NCBI GenBank assembly: GCA_016197225.1
Contig: JACPWC010000057.1
Span: 44,675 to 108,674 of the forward strand
Direction: 5' to 3'
DNA from: Chloroflexota bacterium
GTDB taxonomy: Bacteria; Chloroflexota; Anaerolineae; Anaerolineales; VGOW01
DNA: 64,000 nt
The notes beneath the pieces are model-generated. The model was not told where the DNA came from. It saw nothing but the letters and a program-made list of their open reading frames with translations, and searched no databases. How positions within the stretch are numbered: position 1 is the first letter of the stretch; each line of letters begins with the position of its first letter. The translations under genes were made by a program, and so were the position numbers. Shown piece by piece: positions 38,485-47,192 of the stretch.

Positions 38485-39378
38485 CTAAAGTATACGTTGC
38501 CCAAAAAGGGACGTTGCCAACTCCACTCCAAGTTTAGCCGTCCGGTTGCGGTCATCCAGAACAGGGTTGACTTCGACGATGTCGAGCGAAGAAACTTTGC
38601 CAGAGTCGGAGAGGATTTCCATGAGCAAGTGGGCTTCGCGGTAGGTGAGGCCGCCAGGAACGGGCGTGCCAACGCCGGGCGCTTCGTTCGGGTCGAGAGA
38701 GTCCATATCGAGGCTGATGTGGAGTTTGTTCATCCGGCCCAGGCGTTCCAGCGCCTGGCGGGCCGCCGCCGCCATTCCCATTTCGTCAATGTCGCGCATG
38801 GTGATCACTAGAATACCTGACTCGCGCAAAGCGACCCGCTCCTGAGCATCAAGGTCGCGCGCGCCAATGATGACGGCCTCCGAGGGTTTGAGTTTTGCGC
38901 CGGGGCGGCCAATGTCGGTCAGTTCTGCCGGGCCGCGCCCCAACAACGCCGCCAGGGCCATGCCATGCACGTTGCCTGACGGGGTTATATCGGGCGTGTT
39001 GAAATCGCCGTGAGCATCTACCCAGATCACGCCCACATTTTCGCCATGCGTGTCCATCGCCGACACCGTGCCGATGCTGATCGAATGGTCGCCGCCGAGA
39101 AAGACGGCAGTCTCGTGCTGTTCGAGGCAGGCCAGAGCGTTGGCGTAAACGTCGCGGCACACGCTGGCGATGCTGTGCAAGTGGCGGGCGCGCGAGTTGT
39201 CGGGTGGCTCGTTTTCGGGCAAGGGCACGATGAGGTTGCCATTGTCGGTGATGGTGTGGCCGATCTTGCGAAGCTGATCGTTCAGTCCGGCATAGCGCAG
39301 GGCGCTGGGGCCCATGTCTACTCCGCGCCGCCGCTGGCCTAAATCCATAGGAACGCCGAAGATGCGGATGTTTCGCAT
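38485..39378 (-). CDS. arginase/ureohydrolase family enzyme (arginase-like)
   Basis: [27 protein letters not shown]: the three Mn-binding ureohydrolase motifs. Confidence 0.75.
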   Translation of the reverse strand: MRNIRIFGVPMDLGQRRRGVDMGPSALRYAGLNDQLRKIGHTITDNGNLIVPLPENEPPDNSRARHLHSIASVCRDVYANALACLEQHETAVFLGGDHSISIGTVSAMDTHGENVGVIWVDAHGDFNTPDITPSGNVHGMALAALLGRGPAELTDIGRPGAKLKPSEAVIIGARDLDAQERVALRESGILVITMRDIDEMGMAAAARQALERLGRMNKLHISLDMDSLDPNEAPGVGTPVPGGLTYREAHLLMEILSDSGKVSSLDIVEVNPVLDDRNRTAKLGVELATSLFGQRIL

Positions 39379-39384
39379 GATGGG

Positions 39385-39470
39385 TAGTCAGGTGGTCGAG
39401 TGGTCAGGTAGTTTGGTGGTCATCGTGCATGAAGATTTGACTACTCGACTACAAGACAACGCGACTACTC
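39385..39470. repeat. intergenic inverted repeats of GTCGAGT(A/G)GTC-type units
   Basis: agtcaggtggtcgagtggtcaggtagt ... gactactcgactacaagacaacgcgactactcgact. Confidence 0.5.
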
Positions 39471-40259
39471 GACTTTAGTCAGCCTTCCAATCAAGTTGTA
39501 GAAAATCAAAAAGTTCGGAATCTGAGGCACGCCGGCGGTGGCCCAGTTGAACCAGCCGCCTTCTTTTTTCACCGAGATCGTGCCTCGATGAATCTTGATT
39601 CCTTTGATCTCGTCCCAGCGCAGTGATTTGTTGCCAGAGTAGATGCCGTTGGGGTCAATGGCGAGCGGGCCAAAGGTAAGACGCTGGCCCTGTTGCAAAG
39701 CCTGGAGGTAGCGGGGGAAAAGGGCGGTGGCCGAGCCGCTGATGATGGCGTTGCCCAGGTCTTCAATCTTTTTGAATTTGTTGTCCAGCACGATCCGCTG
39801 TTTGTCTTTGGTCTGGACGGTGTAGAGGTAAGTGGTGCCGGTGTAGATGCCGTTGCGATAGTGTTTGGTGATGTTTTGCCAGACGGCGTCAATATTATCC
39901 CAGCGCACTTGTTTGAAGCCGTTGCGATCGTTGTAGGCAAAGCCGTTGTCGTAAAGCGCCGCCGCCAGCGGCCAGTTGCGCCAGGCGCTGTAGAGGCCGT
40001 AGAGGCCGAGCGGAACGGCAATGACGCCGCAAATCAGCGGAAGAATGAATCCGGAATCATCTACCTTGCTAATGCCATAGCGAGTGTAGGCGTTGTAAGC
40101 CATGAAGGCCGCGACCAGCAGGAGCACCGGCCCGGCGACGACAATCAGCCCACTGAAGATGACGTTGATCCAGCGGCCCGATTTTGCCGGGCTGTGATCG
40201 CTTTTGAACGCGCCCAGTCCGACGACGGAAGCAAAAGGTGAAGACGGATCAGGTTGCAT
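39465..40259 (-). CDS. hypothetical membrane protein
   Basis: Two or three N-terminal TM helices followed by a soluble domain; no motif recognised. Confidence 0.4.
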   Translation of the reverse strand: MQPDPSSPFASVVGLGAFKSDHSPAKSGRWINVIFSGLIVVAGPVLLLVAAFMAYNAYTRYGISKVDDSGFILPLICGVIAVPLGLYGLYSAWRNWPLAAALYDNGFAYNDRNGFKQVRWDNIDAVWQNITKHYRNGIYTGTTYLYTVQTKDKQRIVLDNKFKKIEDLGNAIISGSATALFPRYLQALQQGQRLTFGPLAIDPNGIYSGNKSLRWDEIKGIKIHRGTISVKKEGGWFNWATAGVPQIPNFLIFYNLIGRLTKVE

Positions 40260-40298
40260 TTGCGCCTCCTAATTCAATCTGCAATCTAAAATCCAAAA

Positions 40299-41192
40299 TC
40301 AACACTCGGCCACAATTTGCCCGTCAGCCGTCACCCAGGCGCGAGCCAGGCGCGGGGTGTTGAAAGCGTGGCCGACCCGGCCTTGGGTGTCAATGACGAT
40401 GATGCCGCCGAGTCCTTTCACGCGCTCGGCGAGTTGTTTGATGACGGCGTCGGCGGCTTGTTGGGCGGTGTGCCCGCTGGCGATCAAGTCGCAGGCGGCT
40501 TTGCTGATGACGATCTTCATGAGCGATTCGCCCCAGCCGGTGGCCGAGGCCGCGCCGCTGAAATCGTCGGCGTAAGCGCCGCTGCCGATGAGGGGGCTGT
40601 CGCCGACCCGGCCCGGGAGCTTGAAGGCGGTTCCCCCGGTGGATGTCGCCACTGCTAAATGGCCGTTCGCGTCGCGGGCGACGGCTCCCACCGTGTCGTG
40701 GGCAAATTCCACATCGGCCAAATCTTCGCCGGATTCTTGAATCTTCTGCCAGCGTTCCAGTTCGCGAGAGGTGATCAAATTCTCTTCGGGCCAGTCTGGC
40801 ACGCCATGCCGCCGGGCGAAGGCCTCGGCGCCCGCGCCCACCAGCAGGTTATGCTTGCTTTTTTCCATCACCAGCCGGGCCAGGCTGACGGGGTTCTGCA
40901 CCCGTTGCACGGCGGCAATTGCGCCGTTGTTGAGCGTCACGCCATCCATGATGATGGCGTCCATTTCGACGTAACCGGCGGCGTTGAGGCACGAGCCGCG
41001 CCCGGCGTCGAAGGCCGGGTCATCTTCGAGAACTTTCACCGCCGCTTCGACCGCGTCCAACGCCGAGCCGCCTTTTTGCAGAACTTCCCAGCCGGTTTGG
41101 GCCGCGACGCGGCAACCGTGAATGTAATCCGGCACTTCGGCGTCGGGGATGTTGCCTGCGCCGCCATGAACGATGAGGGAAGGGGTTATCAT
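40299..41192 (-). CDS. isoaspartyl peptidase / L-asparaginase (Ntn hydrolase, plant-type asparaginase family)
   Basis: HGGAGN N-terminus and GAVA...ATSTGG (nucleophile Thr region), typical of IaaA. Confidence 0.75.
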   Translation of the reverse strand: MITPSLIVHGGAGNIPDAEVPDYIHGCRVAAQTGWEVLQKGGSALDAVEAAVKVLEDDPAFDAGRGSCLNAAGYVEMDAIIMDGVTLNNGAIAAVQRVQNPVSLARLVMEKSKHNLLVGAGAEAFARRHGVPDWPEENLITSRELERWQKIQESGEDLADVEFAHDTVGAVARDANGHLAVATSTGGTAFKLPGRVGDSPLIGSGAYADDFSGAASATGWGESLMKIVISKAACDLIASGHTAQQAADAVIKQLAERVKGLGGIIVIDTQGRVGHAFNTPRLARAWVTADGQIVAEC

Positions 41193-41221
41193 GGGTTTGG
41201 ATTATACTCTGAGTGAACAAT

Positions 41222-41270
41222 TGGCAAATCCCAATTCTCAACTCCCAAAATCCCAAATCCCAACTTCCAA
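41222..41270. repeat. AT-rich CCCAA(A)T(C) repeat tract upstream of the carboxyltransferase start
   Basis: aatcccaattctcaactcccaaaatcccaaatcccaacttccaaca. Confidence 0.5.
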
Positions 41271-41272
41271 CA

Positions 41273-42913
41273 ATGCCTGTCATCGAATCCCAACTCAACC
41301 CAAACGACGAACGCTTCAAAGAGAACGCCGAACACAACCGGGCGCTGGCCGAAGAATTGCGGACGCGGCTGGCGCAAGCCCGGCAGGGTGGCGGCGAGAA
41401 GTATCAGCGGCGGCACGAGGCGCAGGGCAAGTTGTTTGTGCGCGAGCGCATTGACAAACTGCTCGATCCCAATTCTCCATTTCTCGAATTCTCCCCATTG
41501 GCGGCCTGGCACATGTATCACAACGAAGCGCCGGGCGCGGGCCTCGTCACCGGCATTGGCCGCGTGAGCGGGCGCGAGTGCCTGATTGTGGCCAACGACG
41601 CGACGGTAAAAGGCGGCTCCTACCTGCCGATGACGGTGAAGAAGCATTTGCGGGCGCAGGAGATCGCGCAAGAGAATCGACTGCCGTGCATTTATCTGGT
41701 GGACTCTGGCGGCGCGTTTTTGCCATTGCAGGCCGAGGTCTTTCCCGACCACGATCACTTTGGCCGCATCTTCTACAACCAGGCGCGGATGAGCGCGCTG
41801 GGCATCCCGCAGATTGCGGCGGTGATGGGCAGTTGCACGGCAGGCGGGGCCTACGTTCCGGCGATGAGCGACGAGACAGTGATTGTTCAAGGGACGGGCA
41901 CGATCTTTCTGGCCGGGCCGCCGCTGGTGAAGGCGGCGACGGGTGAAGAAGTGACCGCCGAGGAGTTGGGCGGCGCGTGGGTTCACACTCACAAGTCCGG
42001 CGTGGCCGACCATTTTGCCGAGGACGATGAGCAGGCGCTGGAGATGGTGAGAGAAATCGTTGCGACACTGGGAGACGAAGGACGAAGGACGATGGACGGT
42101 AGACAACAATCGTCGGTCGTCGGTCGTCCGTCGTCGGTGGAAGAACCGCTGTATCCTGCTGAGGAGTTGTATGGGATTATTCCAAAGTCGTTCCGCGAGT
42201 CTTATGATGCGCGGGAGGTGATTGCGCGGCTGGTGGACGGGAGCGAACTGCGCGAGTTCAAGGCCAACTACGGCACGACGCTGGTGACGGGCTTTGCCCG
42301 CATTGACGGTTTCCCCGTCGGCATCATTGCCAACAACGGGGTACTGTTCAGCGAGAGCGCCTTGAAGGGCGCGCACTTTGTCGAACTTTGCGCGGCGCGG
42401 GACATCCCGCTATTGTTTTTGCAGAACATCACCGGCTTCATGGTCGGGCGCGAATACGAGGCGGGCGGCATCGCCAAAGACGGGGCCAAGATGGTGCATG
42501 CCGTCGCCAACGCCCGCGTGCCCAAGTTTACAATCATCATCGGCGGCAGTTTTGGCGCGGGCAACTACGGCATGTGCGGGCGGGCCTACCAGCCGCGCTT
42601 CCTGTGGATGTGGCCCAACGCTCGCATCAGCGTGATGGGCGCTGAGCAGGCGGCCAACGTTCTACTGACGGTGAAGCAGGATCAACTGGCCCGCGAGGGC
42701 AAGCCGCCGATGTCGCCCGAAGAGGCAACCGCTTTCAAACAGCCCACGCTCGACAAGTACGAAGCCGAAGGCAGTCCCTATTACTCGACGGCGCGGCTTT
42801 GGGATGATGGGATTCTTGATCCGGTGGAGACGCGGCGTGCCCTGGGGTTGGCGATTGCGGCGGCTTACAATGCGCCGGTGGAGGAGACGAAGTATGGCGT
42901 GTTCAGAATGTGA
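41273..42913 (+). CDS. acyl-CoA carboxylase carboxyltransferase (beta) subunit (propionyl-/methylcrotonyl-CoA carboxylase beta-like)
   Basis: Two crotonase-like CT domains, with [10 protein letters not shown] and [13 protein letters not shown] motifs. The ORF track starts at 41213, but ATG 41273 follows an AT-rich repeat. Confidence 0.8.
   Translation: MPVIESQLNPNDERFKENAEHNRALAEELRTRLAQARQGGGEKYQRRHEAQGKLFVRERIDKLLDPNSPFLEFSPLAAWHMYHNEAPGAGLVTGIGRVSGRECLIVANDATVKGGSYLPMTVKKHLRAQEIAQENRLPCIYLVDSGGAFLPLQAEVFPDHDHFGRIFYNQARMSALGIPQIAAVMGSCTAGGAYVPAMSDETVIVQGTGTIFLAGPPLVKAATGEEVTAEELGGAWVHTHKSGVADHFAEDDEQALEMVREIVATLGDEGRRTMDGRQQSSVVGRPSSVEEPLYPAEELYGIIPKSFRESYDAREVIARLVDGSELREFKANYGTTLVTGFARIDGFPVGIIANNGVLFSESALKGAHFVELCAARDIPLLFLQNITGFMVGREYEAGGIAKDGAKMVHAVANARVPKFTIIIGGSFGAGNYGMCGRAYQPRFLWMWPNARISVMGAEQAANVLLTVKQDQLAREGKPPMSPEEATAFKQPTLDKYEAEGSPYYSTARLWDDGILDPVETRRALGLAIAAAYNAPVEETKYGVFRM
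42070..42138. repeat. GACGA-family palindromic mini-element inserted in frame in the carboxyltransferase gene
   Basis: gacgaaggacgaaggacgatggacgg...cgtcggtcgtcggtcgtccgtcgtcgg; encodes [21 protein letters not shown]. Confidence 0.7.
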
Positions 42914-42924
42914 GGAGGGAGAAG

Positions 42925-44712
42925 ATGACGGATATTCAACCGATTGAATCATGCCTGAAGTTCTCTAAAATTCTCATCGCCAACCGCGGCGAAATCGCCG
43001 TCCGCATCATCCGCGCTTGCAGGGAAATGGACATTCGCACTGTTGCCGTTTACTCCGAAGCTGATGCCAACGCACTCCACACTCGGCTGGCCGACGAAGC
43101 TGTGCCCATCGGCCCGCCCGCGCCGCGCGAGTCCTACTTAAAAATTGATCGCCTGCTCGAAGCCGCCCGGAACACAAACGCCGACGCCATTCATCCGGGC
43201 TACGGCTTCCTGTCCGAGAACGCCGACTTCGCCGAGGCGGTTGCGGCGGCAGGCATTGTGTTCATTGGCCCGCCTGCCGAAGCCATTCGCAAAATGGGAA
43301 GCAAGACCGGAGCGCGAACCATGATGGAACAGGCTGGGGTGCCTGTGGCGTCGGGCTTCTCGCCGATGAACAATGAAATAATGAACAATGAACAATGGGC
43401 TGGAGCGGCAAAAAAGATTGGCTATCCGGTGCTGGTGAAGGCGGCGGCGGGCGGCGGCGGCAAAGGGATGCGGATCGTTCGCGCGCCGGATGAACTGGAC
43501 GAGGCAGTGGCGGCGGCCCGGCGCGAGGCGGCCAATGCCTTTAGCGACGATAGCATCTTTCTCGAAAAGTACATTGAGAGTCCGCGCCACATTGAGTTTC
43601 AGGTGTTGGCCGACTCGTTCGGAGAGACCGTTCACTTGTTTGAGCGTGAGTGTTCCATTCAGCGTCGTCATCAGAAAATTATTGAAGAGACGCCGTCGCC
43701 GTTCCTCACAAGGGAAATAAGAGAAAAGATGGGAAATGCGGCGGTGGCGGCGGCCCGGGCCGTCGGCTATGCCAGCGTAGGCACGGTTGAGTTCATCGTT
43801 GAACCGTCCGGCAATTTCTACTTTTTGGAAATGAACACCCGCCTGCAAGTGGAGCACCCGATCACTGAAATGATGACCGGCGTGGATTTGGTGAAGGCCC
43901 AAATTCGAATCGCGGCGGGCGAGCGCCTCTGGTTCGGGCAACGTGATCTTTCGCAACGCGGCCACGCCATTGAGTGCCGGGTCTACGCCGAAGACCCGGC
44001 CAATAATTTTTTTCCGTCGGTCGGGAAGATCGAGGAGGCCATTGAACCAGTCCGCCCCGGCGTGCGCGTGGATGCCGGCGTGGCGGCGGGCGACGAGGTC
44101 TCGATCCACTACGATCCGATGATCGCCAAAGTGATTGCCCACGCCGAGACTCGCGCCGACGCAATCCGCAAGATGGATGCGGCGCTGGCTGACTACAAGT
44201 TGACAGGCATCACCACCAATATTTCATTTTTGCGTGCCGTGCTGGCTCACCCGGCTTTTGGGCGGGGCGAGACGACGACGCATTTTATTGAAGAGCATTT
44301 GAGGGATTGGCAACCAGAGGCACAGGAGTCAGAAGTCAGGAGTCAGAAGCCAGAATTGAGAGCAATGGCGGCAGACCCCTGGGAACGCGCGGATGGTTTC
44401 AGGCTGGGGACGGGCGCGGCGGCAGGTAGTGGGCGGCAGGCGAGCGGGGGCGTGAAGCGAGAAGCGGCCAAACGACAAACGACACGGGCGGGCGGCCACG
44501 AGGCGCTGGAGGCGGCAATGCCGGGCCTGGTGCGAAACGTGCTGGTAAAAGAAGGCGATTTGGTGGAAAAAGGCCAGGCGCTGGTGCTGTTGGAGGCGAT
44601 GAAGATGGAGATTCGGGTGGCCGCACCGCACGCCGGGAAGGTCGTCAAAGTGCTGGTTTCACCCGGCGAGACGGTTGACCGGGGCCAGCGGCTGATTGAA
44701 CTCGGCCATTGA
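42925..44712 (+). CDS. acyl-CoA carboxylase alpha subunit (biotin carboxylase + biotin carboxyl carrier domain)
   Basis: ILIANRGEIAVRIIRAC...ATP-grasp; C-terminal EAMKMEI biotinyl-lysine motif; RBS GAGGAGGGAG upstream of ATG 42925. Confidence 0.85.
   Translation: MTDIQPIESCLKFSKILIANRGEIAVRIIRACREMDIRTVAVYSEADANALHTRLADEAVPIGPPAPRESYLKIDRLLEAARNTNADAIHPGYGFLSENADFAEAVAAAGIVFIGPPAEAIRKMGSKTGARTMMEQAGVPVASGFSPMNNEIMNNEQWAGAAKKIGYPVLVKAAAGGGGKGMRIVRAPDELDEAVAAARREAANAFSDDSIFLEKYIESPRHIEFQVLADSFGETVHLFERECSIQRRHQKIIEETPSPFLTREIREKMGNAAVAAARAVGYASVGTVEFIVEPSGNFYFLEMNTRLQVEHPITEMMTGVDLVKAQIRIAAGERLWFGQRDLSQRGHAIECRVYAEDPANNFFPSVGKIEEAIEPVRPGVRVDAGVAAGDEVSIHYDPMIAKVIAHAETRADAIRKMDAALADYKLTGITTNISFLRAVLAHPAFGRGETTTHFIEEHLRDWQPEAQESEVRSQKPELRAMAADPWERADGFRLGTGAAAGSGRQASGGVKREAAKRQTTRAGGHEALEAAMPGLVRNVLVKEGDLVEKGQALVLLEAMKMEIRVAAPHAGKVVKVLVSPGETVDRGQRLIELGH
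44325..44356. repeat. tandem GAGTCAGAAG(T/C)CAG repeat in the BC-BCCP linker (encodes QESEVRSQKPE)
   Basis: ggagtcagaagtcaggagtcagaagccagaa. Confidence 0.5.
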
Positions 44713-44777
44713 CGAGAGTCGCCGGGCGGGGTATCATCTCGCCGCTTTGAAGTTCACGGCGAAGGAGGTGATTATTG

Positions 44778-44978
44778 ATGACTGTTGTCAATTTACGACC
44801 GAATGAATCGCAGGACCAACTGCTCAAGCGCTTCAAGAAGAAAGTGATGAAGAGCGGGCTGTTGACTACTCTGCGCAACAAACGCTGGTTCGTTTCCAAG
44901 AGCGAGACTCGCCGCATGGAAAAGAAGAAAGCGATTCGCCGCCTGCGCCGCAAACGCCGCCCTTCGTTCGACGAATAG
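44778..44978 (+). CDS. rpsU: 30S ribosomal protein S21
   Basis: MTVVNLRPNESQDQLLKRFKKKV...KRRPSFDE; RBS GGAGGTG 8 nt upstream; followed by a strong intrinsic terminator. Confidence 0.85.
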   Translation: MTVVNLRPNESQDQLLKRFKKKVMKSGLLTTLRNKRWFVSKSETRRMEKKKAIRRLRRKRRPSFDE

Positions 44979-44982
44979 AAAC

Positions 44983-45013
44983 ATGGCCCCTCGTTTGAGG
45001 GGCCATGTTTTTT
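44983..45013 (+). terminator. Rho-independent terminator after rpsU (possibly bidirectional)
   Basis: atggcccctc-gttt-gaggggccat followed by gtttttt. Confidence 0.8.
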
Positions 45014-45036
45014 AACTTGCAGTAGGCGTCTTGCTA

Positions 45037-45873
45037 TTAGTGGTTGATCCCCGCCCGCGCCAGCACGTTGTGGGCGGCGCGAATGACGGGCATGTCTACC
45101 ATGCGGCCCTCGAAGGCGAAAGCGCCCGCGCCTTTGGCCTGATGCTCTTCGTGAGCCTGCACCAGCCGCCGGGCGCGCTCCACTTCCTCAGGCGAGGGGC
45201 AGAAGGCTTCGAGGATGGGCGCGATCTGCTTGGGGTGAATGGCGAGTTTGCCGCTGTAGCCAAGCTCGACGATGGCGCGAGTCTCGTCGCGCAGCCAGGC
45301 CTCATTTTGCAAATTGACGAACGGCGTATCAATTGCCTGCAGGTCGAAGGCGGCGGCGTACGCGGCGATGGCGCTTCGGGCGTAGAGCAGGTTGGCGCTA
45401 TCGCGGTCGCGGGTTCTCGCGCCGCCCACGCTGGCAGTGTAGTCGTCGGCCCCAAAACACAAGGCGGCTACACCGGGCACGGCGGCGATTTCCTTCAAGT
45501 TGATCAGCCCTTTGGCGGTTTCGATCATCAGCAACAGCGGCAGGTCGGTTTGGCGGTGAAGCCAGTCTATTTGTTCAGCCGACTCGGCTTTGGGGAGCAT
45601 GATGGCTTCGGGGCGGGCGGGGAGGGCGATGGTCAAATCGTCGGCTTCCAGCCCGGAGCCGATTGGGTTGATGCGGACGACTCTTTCGACGGAGCCAAAG
45701 TCCAACTCGGTCAGGGCGGCGGCGATGACAACGCGGGCTTCGGCCTTGCGGTTGAGAGCCACGCCGTCTTCCAGGTCCATGATGACCGAGTCGGGTTGGG
45801 CGGCAATGCCCTTTTCAATTTTGCGGCGGTCGTCGCCAGGCATGAAGAGGAGGGCGCGGCGGAGGCGGGTCAT
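45037..45873 (-). CDS. HpcH/HpaI-CitE family lyase (citryl/citramalyl/malyl-CoA lyase-like)
   Basis: ALLFMPGDDRRKIEKG...VIMDLEDGV...ALCFGADDYTASVG, the CitE-like signature. Confidence 0.7.
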   Translation of the reverse strand: MTRLRRALLFMPGDDRRKIEKGIAAQPDSVIMDLEDGVALNRKAEARVVIAAALTELDFGSVERVVRINPIGSGLEADDLTIALPARPEAIMLPKAESAEQIDWLHRQTDLPLLLMIETAKGLINLKEIAAVPGVAALCFGADDYTASVGGARTRDRDSANLLYARSAIAAYAAAFDLQAIDTPFVNLQNEAWLRDETRAIVELGYSGKLAIHPKQIAPILEAFCPSPEEVERARRLVQAHEEHQAKGAGAFAFEGRMVDMPVIRAAHNVLARAGINH

Positions 45874-46247
45874 TCGCGGAACTGCTGGAGGTAAACTACT
45901 GCGTTATAAAGTTCATCGGCGGTTAGTTTGTCCAAGAGGGTCAATGTCCAGTGAAGCAGAATGGCGTATTGATCCAATGACAACTCCGGCGAGATAATAA
46001 CACCCCAATGATCTTGTCCGCTTTCGATCCGTTCGTCTGCGGCGAGCTTGAACCTGTGATCAAAAGTCAGCACCGCCATTTGGTGTTCTGCGGCGTAAGC
46101 CAGATGAACTGAGTCGTCCCAGTTGAAATGTCGCAAAGCCTGCGCGCTTTCTGCCTGATAACCCTTTTCCCTCAAGTCTTCTGCAAGCTTGGCTGATATA
46201 TGCTCGTCGGTGTATAGCGCAATAAACAAACGCAGGCCGTCGCTCAT
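45870..46247 (-). CDS. DUF5615-family protein (putative PIN-like toxin of a DUF433/DUF5615 pair)
   Basis: 125 aa; ATGA overlap with the upstream DUF433 gene; LFIALYTDEHIS...VLTFDHRF resembles the DUF5615 N-terminus. Confidence 0.55.
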   Translation of the reverse strand: MSDGLRLFIALYTDEHISAKLAEDLREKGYQAESAQALRHFNWDDSVHLAYAAEHQMAVLTFDHRFKLAADERIESGQDHWGVIISPELSLDQYAILLHWTLTLLDKLTADELYNAVVYLQQFRE

Positions 46248-46666
46248 TTGGCGCTAGCTTTCAGCCTTTCATTCTTGCGTTTATTTCCGTTGTGGGAAGG
46301 GCTATGTTTTTTAGGCTCTTGCCGCAAGATATAGAAGCCGCTCTTATCCAACTTGAAACCCATTTTCTCCAAATTGTTGGGGGCGGCTCGTTGCTCGGCC
46401 AGCTCTTTGTTGATTTCATCCGAGTGGTCAAGATAATAGCTAATCGCGTCATGAACCCAGGCGGCTCTGAGGTGCGGGTAATGATGCAAAATATCGTTCA
46501 CGCTATTCCCTGCCCGATGAAATCGCGCGATCAACCAGACAGGGATTCCTGTTCCGCGAATGTGCGGACTGCCTGACCGATTATTTGGCGGATTTTGCAC
46601 AATATGTGGGTGCTCGGTCGGAGTGTCCTTTTGGCGTTTAGATCGGGTTCGAGTTACCGTCTTCAT
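46244..46666 (-). CDS. DUF433-domain protein (putative antitoxin)
   Basis: HIRGTGIPVWLIARFHRAGNSVNDILHHYPHLRAAWVHDAISYY matches the DUF433 core (R.GTRIPV...G.S.EEI...YP.L....I.AAL.Y). Confidence 0.6.
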   Translation of the reverse strand: MKTVTRTRSKRQKDTPTEHPHIVQNPPNNRSGSPHIRGTGIPVWLIARFHRAGNSVNDILHHYPHLRAAWVHDAISYYLDHSDEINKELAEQRAAPNNLEKMGFKLDKSGFYILRQEPKKHSPSHNGNKRKNERLKASAK

Positions 46667-46674
46667 GTTGCCAA

Positions 46675-47130
46675 TTATACCCCCGGCCTTCTGAGAAACA
46701 TCACAGTCCGTTCCACTTCCACTACCACTGTCCCATCCTGCTTGCGCCCGATATGCTTTAGGCGGATGATGCCTCGATCCGGTTTGGAGGCCGACTCGCG
46801 CTTCTCCAACACATCGGTTTCGACGTAGATCGTGTCGCCGTGAAAGACAGGGTTGGGGTGGACGACGCGCTCGTAGCCCAGGTTGGCGACGATGGTGCCC
46901 TCGGTCAGGTCGGGCACAGTGAGGCCGATGACCAGGCCAAAGGTATAGATGCCGTTGACAATGCGCTGGCCGAATTGAGTTTTGGCGGCGAAGTCCTCGT
47001 TGAGGTGCAGAGGCTGGGTGTTCATCGTCAGGGCGCAGAACAGCACGTTGTCGGCCTCGGTGACGGTGCGCCCCAGGCTATGTTGGATGTGGTCGCCCAC
47101 GTTCAGGTCGTCGAAGTATTTGCCGGGCAT
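46675..47130 (-). CDS. MaoC-like (R)-specific enoyl-CoA hydratase/dehydratase
   Basis: MPGKYFDDLNVGD...hot-dog fold. The ORF track start at 47175 would translate a GACGA-family repeat; ATG 47130 is preferred. Confidence 0.75.
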   Translation of the reverse strand: MPGKYFDDLNVGDHIQHSLGRTVTEADNVLFCALTMNTQPLHLNEDFAAKTQFGQRIVNGIYTFGLVIGLTVPDLTEGTIVANLGYERVVHPNPVFHGDTIYVETDVLEKRESASKPDRGIIRLKHIGRKQDGTVVVEVERTVMFLRRPGV

Positions 47131-47192
47131 AAGAGAACGAAGGACGATAGACGAAAGACGACGGATGGTCGTCATTTGTCATTCGTCATTTG
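47131..47192. repeat. GACGA-family element, intergenic copy
   Basis: gaacgaaggacgatagacgaaagacgacggatggtcgtcatttgtcattcgtcatttgtcat. Confidence 0.6.
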
